Part shown: positions 1-8,665 of the stretch, piece after piece
How the letters are laid out: every line of letters starts with the position of its first letter
How positions within the stretch are numbered: the stretch's first letter is position 1
Origin: a virus
Taxonomy: Duplodnaviria; Caudoviricetes
Reading direction: 5' to 3' (one strand)
Length of the DNA stretch: 55,294 nt
Virus record (IMG/VR): IMGVR_UViG_3300025658_000003
Location: 1 to 55,294 of that record
The notes under the pieces: generated by a model
What the model was told of the DNA's origin: nothing
Seen by the model: only the letters and a program-made list of their open reading frames with translations
The model's database searches: none
Made by a program: the position numbers and the translations under genes

Positions 1-650
1 CAGATACAAATACTCAACTTTCCGATGAACAGGTTGCTGCAATAGTTACAAAAGCTGGGTTTGTAAAAACAGATACTAACACCACATATACAGCAGATGG
101 AAACTATGGTATTACTTTAAGTGGAACTACGTTCCGTTTAGAAGATGATAGAAGAAGAAACTCAACTGCAACTGATGTTTATTCAGGTAATACACATGAT
201 TTCACTTGGTACGATGCAGATGTAGGTATTAGATGGTACACTGCTGGTGGTGAGGATATGAGATTGTTAGATAATGGTACATTACACGTTGATGGTGATG
301 TTGTAGCATATTCTTCAACAATATCAGATGAAAGACTTAAAGATAACATTAAAACAATTGAAAATCCATTAGATAAAATCAAAGCACTTAGAGGTGTTGA
401 GTATGATTGGAATAATGGTAATAGAAAAGGTAAACATGATTTAGGGCTTATAGCACAAGAAGTTGAATCGGTTATTCCTGATATAGTACATGAACACACA
501 CTACCATATGTAGAAGGTGAGGAAGATACACTATATAAGACTGTAGATTATGAAAAAATGGTAGCAGTTCTAATTGAAGGTATGAAAGAACAACAAACTC
601 AGATAGATTCGTTAAAATCGGAACTAACTGAAATCAAAGGGAAGTTGTAA
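1..650 (+). CDS. C-terminal part of tail fibre/spike with peptidase S74 intramolecular chaperone domain (5' truncated)
   Basis: Frame is open from position 3 to the stop at 650; SDERLKDNI...GLIAQEVESVIP...VDYEKMVAVLIEGMKEQQ is the S74 signature followed by a coiled coil. Confidence 0.9.
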   Translation, partial: DTNTQLSDEQVAAIVTKAGFVKTDTNTTYTADGNYGITLSGTTFRLEDDRRRNSTATDVYSGNTHDFTWYDADVGIRWYTAGGEDMRLLDNGTLHVDGDVVAYSSTISDERLKDNIKTIENPLDKIKALRGVEYDWNNGNRKGKHDLGLIAQEVESVIPDIVHEHTLPYVEGEEDTLYKTVDYEKMVAVLIEGMKEQQTQIDSLKSELTEIKGKL

Positions 651-1093
651 TGGCATTAGCAGCATCAGGTCAGATATCAATTAGTCAAATCAATACTGAG
701 TTGGGTAGAACATCTACCACAGCCAATACTTCATTAACACAATGTAGTGATGGGACTAATGGTACTATTAATACGGCAAATGCAGCCGCTGATAGACCAG
801 ATAGAACAGCACCTCATTCAATGAGTGAATTTTATTCATATAACCACACCTTATCAGCTTTAAAAGATTTTCTTGGTACTACCTTTTCTGAAAGAGGTGA
901 AGTTTGTGGTAATGAGCCTGAGACTAAATATTGGCACGATGGTTCAGGAGAATCCCCAGCAATAGGTGATTTGATATATACTGATTCAGCTGGTTCAACG
1001 GAACTTAGTGATGGGTGGATTGGCTTATCTACTACGACTGGATTACAATATGCTTCAGAGGTGAAAGAACTTTACCTATGTAGAAAAAAATAG
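650..1093 (+). CDS. Putative tail-fibre-associated/adhesin-like virion protein
   Basis: Overlaps the fibre stop codon; the N-terminus MALAASGQISISQINTELG resembles small fibre-tip proteins. Confidence 0.5.
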   Translation: MALAASGQISISQINTELGRTSTTANTSLTQCSDGTNGTINTANAAADRPDRTAPHSMSEFYSYNHTLSALKDFLGTTFSERGEVCGNEPETKYWHDGSGESPAIGDLIYTDSAGSTELSDGWIGLSTTTGLQYASEVKELYLCRKK

Positions 1094-1158
1094 ATAACTA
1101 TCTGATTATCAGATAGCTATGATAGTGATAGTGAAAAGTACTGAGTATCAATAAGTTA
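1094..1158. repeat. 27-bp imperfect palindrome plus IHF-consensus site; related copy at 47842-47877
   Basis: ataactatctgattatcagatagctat has one mismatched pair; tatcaataagtta (1146-1158) fits WATCAANNNNTTR; gctatgatagtg is shared with 47866-47877. Confidence 0.6.
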
Positions 1159-1187
1159 TGAATCTAAGTGATTCTTAAAGATTCTCA

Positions 1188-1195
1188 TATTTATA
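1188..1195 (+). promoter_or_regulatory. Putative late promoter motif TATTTATA (also at 3735, 4109, 6625, 7248, 8422, 22327, 44612)
   Basis: Recurs in six intergenic gaps upstream of structural-module genes and at two other gene starts. Confidence 0.65.
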
Positions 1196-1217
1196 TAAAA
1201 GAATTAGGAGATTATAA

Positions 1218-2378
1218 ATGGCAGTAAACATTCCAATATGGCCGGGTTCATCATCATTTTCAGCTGGTAATACACCATTTGGACATTATGATACCGATTC
1301 AGAATTTCAATCATCAGTTGATAAGACAGCTGAATGGTGCGCAAAACGATTAGGTTATCCTATAGTTGATATAGAACTGCAGGATATAAACTTCTATGCT
1401 TGTTTCGAAGAAGCAACTACAGAATACTCATCTCAAGTTAATCAATTTAATATTAGAGAAAATTTACTTAATCTAAAAGGACACCCTACATCATCTAATG
1501 TATCTCAAACTCAACTTGATGCAAACTTAGGTGGTTTAGTAACATTAGCTAAAGATTATGGTACAGAAGCTGGTAGTGGTGGTAGTGTAACATATTATAC
1601 TGGTTCATTTGAAGCTAAAAAAGGACAGCAAGTTTACGATTTAAAAGATGTATCTAATTCAGGCGCATCTTTAGAAGTAGGTACTATAGGAGTTGATGAA
1701 TTTGAAATCAAAAAGATGATGCATAACGCACCACCTGCGATGGTAAGATACTTTGACCCATTTGTAGGAACTGGTTTAGGTTCACAACAAATGATGGATA
1801 CTTTTGGATGGGGTAATTACTCACCAGGTGTTTCATTTATGATGCAACCACTTTATGATGATTTATTAAGGTTACAAGCAATTGAACTTAATGATATGGT
1901 TCGTAAATCTCAATATGGATTTGATATTCAGAATAACAGAGTTAGATTATTCCCAATACCTGAAACACCATATACAGTACACTTCCATTATGTATTATTA
2001 TCAGAAAGAAATAATCCAATAGTGGCTACTTCTGTAGTATCTGATTATTCTAATGTAAGATACGATAGAATTGAGTATAGTAAGATTAATCACGTTGGAA
2101 AACGATGGATTGAAAAATATACATTAGCATTAGCTAAAGAAATGTTAGGTGCAGTAAGAGCTAAGTTTAGTTCAGTACCAATTCCTAACTCAGAAATAAC
2201 ATTAGATGGTGCAGATTTAAGAAGCGAAGCTGCTACTGAAAAAGAAATCTTAATTACAGAATTAAGAGAGAATTTAGAAGCTACTTCTAGAAAAGCATTA
2301 CTTCAAGCACAGCAAGAAGAATCAGAAGCAATGGAATCTACATTAAATAGAGTACCTAGGGCAATTTATATAGGGTAA
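1218..2378 (+). CDS. Neck protein (T4 gp13-like)
   Basis: KRLGYPIVDIEL and WIEKYTLALAKEMLG...ITLDGADL motifs; position before the tail genes. Confidence 0.75.
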   Translation: MAVNIPIWPGSSSFSAGNTPFGHYDTDSEFQSSVDKTAEWCAKRLGYPIVDIELQDINFYACFEEATTEYSSQVNQFNIRENLLNLKGHPTSSNVSQTQLDANLGGLVTLAKDYGTEAGSGGSVTYYTGSFEAKKGQQVYDLKDVSNSGASLEVGTIGVDEFEIKKMMHNAPPAMVRYFDPFVGTGLGSQQMMDTFGWGNYSPGVSFMMQPLYDDLLRLQAIELNDMVRKSQYGFDIQNNRVRLFPIPETPYTVHFHYVLLSERNNPIVATSVVSDYSNVRYDRIEYSKINHVGKRWIEKYTLALAKEMLGAVRAKFSSVPIPNSEITLDGADLRSEAATEKEILITELRENLEATSRKALLQAQQEESEAMESTLNRVPRAIYIG

Positions 2379-2381
2379 ATT

Positions 2382-2909
2382 ATGGCATTATTCGGTGGAC
2401 AAAGAGATATGGCTCTGTTTAGTAAAATAAACAAAGAGTTAATTACAGATATCATAGATACTGAAGTGTATTACTATAAGGTCATCATAGAAGATACAAA
2501 ACAAAACTTATATGGTGAAGGTAAAAATAAGGTATATTACAATCCTGTAAAAATACCAACATTAGTTGATAGAACAAATGCTGAAGCTGTATTCGATGAA
2601 TTTGGTTCATCTTATACTAGAAGTGTAAACTTTTACTTCCTAAGAGATATTTTAAAAGAGAAAAACATACTTCCTGCAATTGGTGATGTAATAGAATGGA
2701 ATGATGAACAACATATTGTAGATGTAACATTCCAAAATCAATTCGTTGCTGGTAAAAACCCAACTACTTGGGATGGTGGTGATGAGCATGGGTATAGTGT
2801 ATCTATTATATGTGAAACGCATGTAGCTAGAAGAAGTCAACTAAAATTAAAAGATGATTTTAGAGTAGGTGTTAATAAAGATAATAATGATTTACCAATA
2901 GGAATCTAA
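2382..2909 (+). CDS. Neck/head-closure protein (gp14-like)
   Basis: NLYGE and PAIGDVIEW motifs; synteny after the gp13-like gene. Confidence 0.6.
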   Translation: MALFGGQRDMALFSKINKELITDIIDTEVYYYKVIIEDTKQNLYGEGKNKVYYNPVKIPTLVDRTNAEAVFDEFGSSYTRSVNFYFLRDILKEKNILPAIGDVIEWNDEQHIVDVTFQNQFVAGKNPTTWDGGDEHGYSVSIICETHVARRSQLKLKDDFRVGVNKDNNDLPIGI

Positions 2910-2910
2910 A

Positions 2911-3714
2911 ATGGCACAACGATACAGAACACATAGAGATGATAAGATAGATTTGAAAAGAACTCAGAATTCTTTTTCAGATGACCCTATGTTAGATAAA
3001 TCTAAACAGATATCTCGTAGAAACGATGATGTAAAAAATGTATCTGTTGGGATATATGATATAGATTTAGCATTTAAAAGTTTTTTAGAAACTGATGTTA
3101 AACCTATTATAGAAGAGAATGGAAAGTTTATTCCTGTTCCTGTAATGTATGCAAATGCAGAAAATTGGTCATCAGCACAGAGAGATGGGTTTCTAAAAGA
3201 TAACAATGGTAAAGTACAAACACCTCTTATTTCATTTAAAAGAAACGCATTAGATGTGAATACTGAAATATCTAAACTAAAAGTTAGAACTGATTTAGAT
3301 TCTTCACAAGCGTTTGTTAAAACATATTCAAAAGAAAATAGATACGATTCATTCTCACAACTTACAGACCAACAACCTGTAACAGAACATTATATAGTAG
3401 ACAGACCTGATTATGTAAATTTAACATACGATGTTATAATATGGTGTGATTTTATGGAAGATTTGAATAAGTTAGTAGAGCAAATCATATACTTTCAAGG
3501 TGGTACATTTGGTGAACGATATAAATTCCAAATAAAAGGTGAATCATATTCATTTGATACAACTAATGGGGTAGGTGAAGAGAGAATAGTAAAAGCTAAT
3601 GTATCTCTTACAGCCAAAGCATATATAGTGCCAGAACAGACTGGATTGAAGATAAATACTTCAAAAGCATTTGGTTCTTCAAAGGTTGTTTGGAAATTAA
3701 ACCCAAAAATTTAA
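2911..3714 (+). CDS. Tail terminator/sheath stabiliser (gp15-like)
   Basis: VPVMYANAENW, TPLISFKR and LVEQII motifs; synteny. Confidence 0.6.
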   Translation: MAQRYRTHRDDKIDLKRTQNSFSDDPMLDKSKQISRRNDDVKNVSVGIYDIDLAFKSFLETDVKPIIEENGKFIPVPVMYANAENWSSAQRDGFLKDNNGKVQTPLISFKRNALDVNTEISKLKVRTDLDSSQAFVKTYSKENRYDSFSQLTDQQPVTEHYIVDRPDYVNLTYDVIIWCDFMEDLNKLVEQIIYFQGGTFGERYKFQIKGESYSFDTTNGVGEERIVKANVSLTAKAYIVPEQTGLKINTSKAFGSSKVVWKLNPKI

Positions 3715-3782
3715 TCTTTACAAAAATAATTTCATATTTATATACACATAAAGTATAATAATTAAATTTAAAAACAAAAGTT

Positions 3783-4082
3783 ATGGCAGAAGTAAACACA
3801 ATCAAAGAAAAAGAAGTTATCAATATCGATGAAAAAGATATTGCTAAAGTTAAAGAATTCAGAACCGAGTTTGCTGAGGTTACAGCAAGAATTGGTGAGA
3901 TAGAGGTAGAACGTTTGAATGCAGTAATGATATTAGAAAATATTACAGCTGCACAATCAAATTTATCTGACAAGTTTAGGTCTTTAAGAAGTGGAGAGCG
4001 TGAAATCACCGAAGAATTTCAAAAGAAATATGGTGAAGGAGAGTTTAACATAGAAGAAGGTACTTTTACACCTATCTCATAA
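3783..4082 (+). CDS. Hypothetical coiled-coil protein
   Basis: 99-aa ORF preceded by TATTTATA; heptad pattern ending KYGEGEFNIEEGTF. Confidence 0.7.
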   Translation: MAEVNTIKEKEVINIDEKDIAKVKEFRTEFAEVTARIGEIEVERLNAVMILENITAAQSNLSDKFRSLRSGEREITEEFQKKYGEGEFNIEEGTFTPIS

Positions 4083-4155
4083 ATATAATCGTTTTGAGTT
4101 TTTTGATGTATTTATAGATATAATAAAAACCAAAAGAAATTAATAGGAGAATAAA

Positions 4156-6558
4156 ATGGCAGAAAGAATAGTAAGTCCTGGAGTATTTACAAGAGAAAAG
4201 GACTTGTCATTTCTACCTCAAGGGATTGGCGAAATTGGAGCAGCATTAGTAGGTTCAACATTAAAAGGACCAGCATTCGTTCCAACAACAGTATCATCAT
4301 TTTCAGAGTTTCAGCAAGTATTCGGTGGATTGACTTTAGATTCATATTTACCATATACGGCTCAAACTTACTTAGAAGATGCTGGAACAGCAACAATCGT
4401 TAGAGTATTAGGAAAAGACGGGTACACTCTGGAAAACCCAATAGCATTGAAAGTATCATCATCACTTGGTGAGAAAGTAGTAGCAGTACTACACCCAACA
4501 CATGAAATTGTATCAGATGTAGATGTATTTGATGATTCAGCAATTGCTGACCATTTCGGTAGTACACCAGTATCAGCATCTTTGTTTACATTAACTGTAA
4601 ATGGTTCTGAAGCTGTATCAACAGATTACTCAGCATCATTAAACCCAACAAGCGATAACTATTTCACAAAATCATTTGGATTTTCTCCAAAAGGTTCTGA
4701 AGAAGCTTATGTTTTATCAAACTTTAAAAACTTCCAATCAGATGTATTTGCATTAGATGGGGAGATTCCTGTAGTAACATTGGATGTTTTAAAAGATGTA
4801 GATTACACAAAAGCTTATACTGAAGCATCTACTCCGTGGATTACTTCACAAAAAGTAGGTGGTAACACAACTAACTTAATTAAATTCCATACACTATCTC
4901 ATGGTACGGCAACTAACTACGAATTTAAAATCGGTATTCAAGATGTTAAAGTAGCTGGTTCAGTTCCTGGTTCTGAGTATGGTTCATTTACTGTAGTAGT
5001 ACGAAGAGTAGACCAAGATAAGATTGCTGGTTCACCATTCGTAGGTATAGTTGATTCAGATATCAGACCAAACTTAGTTGAACAATTTCAAGGTGTTAAC
5101 TTAGATCCTGATTCACCAAACTTTATCGTAAGAGTAATTGGTGATAAGTATATTACTGTAGATGATGATGGTAAATTATCAACAAATGGTGATTACGCTA
5201 ACAATTCAGCAAATATTAGAGTTGAAGCTTCACCAGCAGTAATGAACAAAGCAATTGATGAAACTTTAGTACCTTTCGGATTTGGAGCATTACAAAATCC
5301 ATTCGGAACTAAATTCGATTTACCTGCACCAACTATGGTATCTAACCAACAAATCAATCAATCATATAATCCTAAGAAATTCTACGGATTAGATTTTGAT
5401 TTCGCAGTTAACGATAATAGAAACTTCCTATCACCAACTCCTGATTCGGCAACGGCAGTAGTAGGTACGGCATTCTATTTAGGTGATTATAACCAAGAAG
5501 CTGGAGCTAACTACCCATCATCAGCATCACCAAATACTGATAAAATATCATTAGATAACGCTAAAACTACGATTAACTCTCGTAAGTTCTTAGTACCATT
5601 TCAAGGTGGATTTGATGGATTCAAACCTTCTAGAGTTGTATCTTTAGGAAACGATATTGTTTCTGGAAATACGCAAGGATGGGATTGTTCATCAAACACA
5701 GCAGCTGGTACATTAGCATATAGAAAAGCAATTAACGCTGTATCTAATCCTGATGAATTTGATATCAATATGTTAGTAATTCCTGGTCTTATCCACAGAT
5801 TACATTCTTCAGTAACAACATTTGCTAAAGATATGTGTGAAGATAGACAAGATACATTCTTTATTATGGATGCATCAGCATGGGGTGATTCAATTTCAAC
5901 GGCAGTTAACGCTGTTCAACCATTTGATTCAAACTATGTAGCATCTTACTACCCTTGGGTTAAGATACTGAATACTGACAAAAACAAACCTGTTTGGGTT
6001 CCGCCATCTGTAGTACTTCCGGGTGTTATAGCATTTAATGACCAAGTTGCAGCCGAATGGTTCGCACCTGCTGGTTTAAATAGAGGTGGATTAACTTCAG
6101 TAATTGAAGCTAAGACAAGATTGACTAGAGTTGAGAGAGATGCACTTTACGAAGGTAGATTGAATCCTATCGCAACATTCCCTGGTCAGGGTGTAACTGT
6201 ATTTGGACAGAAAACATTACAAGCAAAACCATCGGCATTGGATAGAATCAATGTAAGAAGATTGTTAATCGCAGTGAAGAAATTCATCGCATCATCTACT
6301 CGTTACTTAGTGTTCGAAAACAACACAGCAGCTACGAGAAATAGATTCCTATCAATCGTTAATCCTTACTTAGAATCAATTCAACAAAGACAAGGTTTAT
6401 ACGCATTTAGAGTGAAGATGGATGAAACCAACAACACACCAGATGTAATCGATAGAAATATAATGGTGGGTGAGATATTCTTACAACCAGCAAAAACAGC
6501 AGAATTTATAGTTCTTGACTTCAACGTACTACCAACTGGAGCAGCATTTCCAGAATAG
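4156..6558 (+). CDS. Tail sheath protein (gp18-like)
   Basis: SPGVFTREKDLS start; WFAPAGLNRG, GQKTLQ, RINVRRL and AEFIVLDF motifs. Confidence 0.95.
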   Translation: MAERIVSPGVFTREKDLSFLPQGIGEIGAALVGSTLKGPAFVPTTVSSFSEFQQVFGGLTLDSYLPYTAQTYLEDAGTATIVRVLGKDGYTLENPIALKVSSSLGEKVVAVLHPTHEIVSDVDVFDDSAIADHFGSTPVSASLFTLTVNGSEAVSTDYSASLNPTSDNYFTKSFGFSPKGSEEAYVLSNFKNFQSDVFALDGEIPVVTLDVLKDVDYTKAYTEASTPWITSQKVGGNTTNLIKFHTLSHGTATNYEFKIGIQDVKVAGSVPGSEYGSFTVVVRRVDQDKIAGSPFVGIVDSDIRPNLVEQFQGVNLDPDSPNFIVRVIGDKYITVDDDGKLSTNGDYANNSANIRVEASPAVMNKAIDETLVPFGFGALQNPFGTKFDLPAPTMVSNQQINQSYNPKKFYGLDFDFAVNDNRNFLSPTPDSATAVVGTAFYLGDYNQEAGANYPSSASPNTDKISLDNAKTTINSRKFLVPFQGGFDGFKPSRVVSLGNDIVSGNTQGWDCSSNTAAGTLAYRKAINAVSNPDEFDINMLVIPGLIHRLHSSVTTFAKDMCEDRQDTFFIMDASAWGDSISTAVNAVQPFDSNYVASYYPWVKILNTDKNKPVWVPPSVVLPGVIAFNDQVAAEWFAPAGLNRGGLTSVIEAKTRLTRVERDALYEGRLNPIATFPGQGVTVFGQKTLQAKPSALDRINVRRLLIAVKKFIASSTRYLVFENNTAATRNRFLSIVNPYLESIQQRQGLYAFRVKMDETNNTPDVIDRNIMVGEIFLQPAKTAEFIVLDFNVLPTGAAFPE

Positions 6559-6573
6559 TATATAAATAATATC

Positions 6574-6613
6574 TTAGTTCCCCTAATATTTTTAGGGGGA
6601 CTAACTATTTTTT
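6574..6613 (+). terminator. Rho-independent terminator after the sheath gene
   Basis: ttagttcccctaa/ttagggggactaa stem followed by a T-run. Confidence 0.75.
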
Positions 6614-6662
6614 AAAAAGAACTATATTTATATTAAAGAATTAGAAACAGAGGAAAACAAAA

Positions 6663-7151
6663 ATGGCACAATTATTAGACCCAACAGAAGTAATGTTTAC
6701 ATCATTCGAACCGAAGATGTCAAACAGATTCATTATGTACATAGAAGGAATTCCAGCGTACTTAGTGAAAGCCGCCAACAGACCAGAAATAGCAAATGGT
6801 AAAGTTACCATAGACCATATTAATGTTAGAAGATATGTAAAAGGTAGAAGTGAGTGGAGTAGTTTAACTATATCATTATATGACCCGGTAGTTCCATCAG
6901 CAGCACAAGCAGCAATGGAATGGGTAAGATTACACCACGAATCAGTAACAGGCCGTGATGGTTACTCTGATTTCTACAAAAAAGATATCACATTTAACAG
7001 TTTGGGTCCTGTAGGTGATAAAGTAGAAGAGTGGACATTAAAAGGAGCATTTATTGAAACAGCAAAGTTCTCAGATATGGACTATACTGGTGAAGATATC
7101 GCAACTGTAGATTTAACACTAGCATACGATTACGCAATATTACAATACTAA
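6663..7151 (+). CDS. Tail tube protein (gp19-like)
   Basis: FEPKMSNRF...EEWTLKGAF...LTLAYDYA; follows the sheath gene. Confidence 0.9.
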   Translation: MAQLLDPTEVMFTSFEPKMSNRFIMYIEGIPAYLVKAANRPEIANGKVTIDHINVRRYVKGRSEWSSLTISLYDPVVPSAAQAAMEWVRLHHESVTGRDGYSDFYKKDITFNSLGPVGDKVEEWTLKGAFIETAKFSDMDYTGEDIATVDLTLAYDYAILQY

Positions 7152-7183
7152 TTATCAAATTATACTAAGTATTACAAATTTAG

Positions 7184-7216
7184 AAACCCTTACTATTAAT
7201 TTAGTAGGGGTTTTTT
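7184..7216 (+). terminator. Rho-independent terminator after the tube gene
   Basis: aaacccttacta/tagtaggggttt stem plus T-run. Confidence 0.8.
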
Positions 7217-7298
7217 CGTTTAATTAGTTTAATTAATATTATTTGTATATTTATATAAGGTTAACCAACATTAAATAAGTTTTAAAACGAGAAACGTT

Positions 7299-8183
7299 AT
7301 GAGCAAAGAAAAATTACAAGATGATTACAAAAACCCAGTATCCGCAGCGGATATGGTTGAGCTCGCTAAACAGCAGTATGAGCAAAAAAAGGTTTCTGAT
7401 TACAAATTCCCAACAGAAATCGTAGATTTACCATCAAAAGGATTAGTTTATCCAAAAGATAACGCCCTTTCAAGTGGTAAAGTGGAAATGAAGTATATGA
7501 CAGCTAAAGAAGAGGATATACTTACTACACAATCTTACATAAAAGATGGTTCAGTATTAGATAGATTGTTTCAATCATTGATTATATCAAATGGTGATGG
7601 AGCTCCTGTAAAATACATAGATATCACATTAGGTGATAAAAACGCAATTATGATTGCGGCTAGAATCTTAGGATATGGTAAAGATTATGAAGTAGAGATT
7701 GATGACCCAACACAACCAGGTACGATGCAGAAAGAAGTTATTGATTTAACTCAATTTGAATCTACAGATTATGATGGTTCAGGTCAAACAGAACTACATA
7801 AAAACGAATATGAGTTTGAATTACCACAATCTAAAAGGAAAGTAACCTTTCAAGCATTAACTGAAAGTAAGGAAAGAAAAATCAAACATCAATTAGAAGC
7901 ACAAAAGAAAGCATCTAGAAAGTTGAATGATAAGACTGATAAACAACTTACTATCAGATTAAAAAATACAATAGTATCAGTAGATGGTGATACAGACCAA
8001 ACTACAATCAATCACTTCGTAGAAAACGAATTATTTGCGGCCGATTCAAGGGCTCTCAGAACGCATATAAACAAAGTCGTACCAGATGTTGATTTAACTT
8101 ATGAATTTATATCTGATGAGACCGGGGAAGGGAGAGATATGCTACTGCCTATGGGGCTTGGCTTTTTTTGGCCTCAATCTTAG
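7299..8183 (+). CDS. Tail assembly chaperone / baseplate hub assembly protein (gp26-like)
   Basis: VDLPSKGLVY, MTAKEEDIL, ARILGYG and a FFWP C-terminus; lies between tube and tape measure genes. Confidence 0.7.
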   Translation: MSKEKLQDDYKNPVSAADMVELAKQQYEQKKVSDYKFPTEIVDLPSKGLVYPKDNALSSGKVEMKYMTAKEEDILTTQSYIKDGSVLDRLFQSLIISNGDGAPVKYIDITLGDKNAIMIAARILGYGKDYEVEIDDPTQPGTMQKEVIDLTQFESTDYDGSGQTELHKNEYEFELPQSKRKVTFQALTESKERKIKHQLEAQKKASRKLNDKTDKQLTIRLKNTIVSVDGDTDQTTINHFVENELFAADSRALRTHINKVVPDVDLTYEFISDETGEGRDMLLPMGLGFFWPQS

Positions 8184-8376
8184 TTATAGGAAGCATTTAC
8201 ACTCTCACATTTTTGATTTGATATTCCACGGAAATGGTGGATTCAACTTTACTGATGTTTACAATATGCCTGTTTGGGCAAGAAAATTCTATATAGGTAA
8301 AATTGTAGAATTTAGACAAGAAGAACAGAAAGCACATGATAAAGAAATGAAGAAAGCTAAATCAAGAAGAAGATAA
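8164..8376 (+). CDS. Probable frameshift extension of the chaperone (+1 frame), or a short gene starting at 8266
   Basis: T7 run at 8163-8169; the +1 frame reads FFGLNLSYRKHLHSHIFDLIFHGNGGF...NMPVW, and the first ATG after the run is at 8266. Confidence 0.6.
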   Translation, partial: FFGLNLSYRKHLHSHIFDLIFHGNGGFNFTDVYNMPVWARKFYIGKIVEFRQEEQKAHDKEMKKAKSRRR

Positions 8377-8380
8377 TATT

Positions 8381-8420
8381 AATACCCAATGAATTTTTTG
8401 ATGATTTGTTGGGTATTTCT
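8381..8420 (+). terminator. Possible hairpin/terminator
   Basis: aatacccaa/ttgggtatt inverted repeat followed by tct; large loop and weak U-tract. Confidence 0.4.
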
Positions 8421-8458
8421 ATATTTATATACAACTAACAAATAAGGGATACATTAAC

Positions 8459-8650
8459 ATGGCCAAAATAACCAAATCAAAACTTACAGAGATGTTGAAA
8501 TCAAAGGGTCTCTCTGAAGGGTTCTTATCTAACTTTTTTAAGAAAATTAAACTTGCTAAAGCAGAAAAAGAATACCAACAACTAACAAATGACCCTAGAT
8601 ATCAAGAACTACTTAAAAAATATAATATTAAACCAGTAGACTGGAAATAA
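8459..8650 (+). CDS. Hypothetical protein
   Basis: 63-aa ORF preceded by TATTTATA. Confidence 0.65.
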   Translation: MAKITKSKLTEMLKSKGLSEGFLSNFFKKIKLAKAEKEYQQLTNDPRYQELLKKYNIKPVDWK

Positions 8651-8665
8651 TAGTATAGTAGCTAT

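Noticed and set aside
6561-6568. T4-type late promoter TATAAATA
   Set aside because: Single intergenic forward copy noticed, lying just upstream of a terminator; likely chance in AT-rich DNA.
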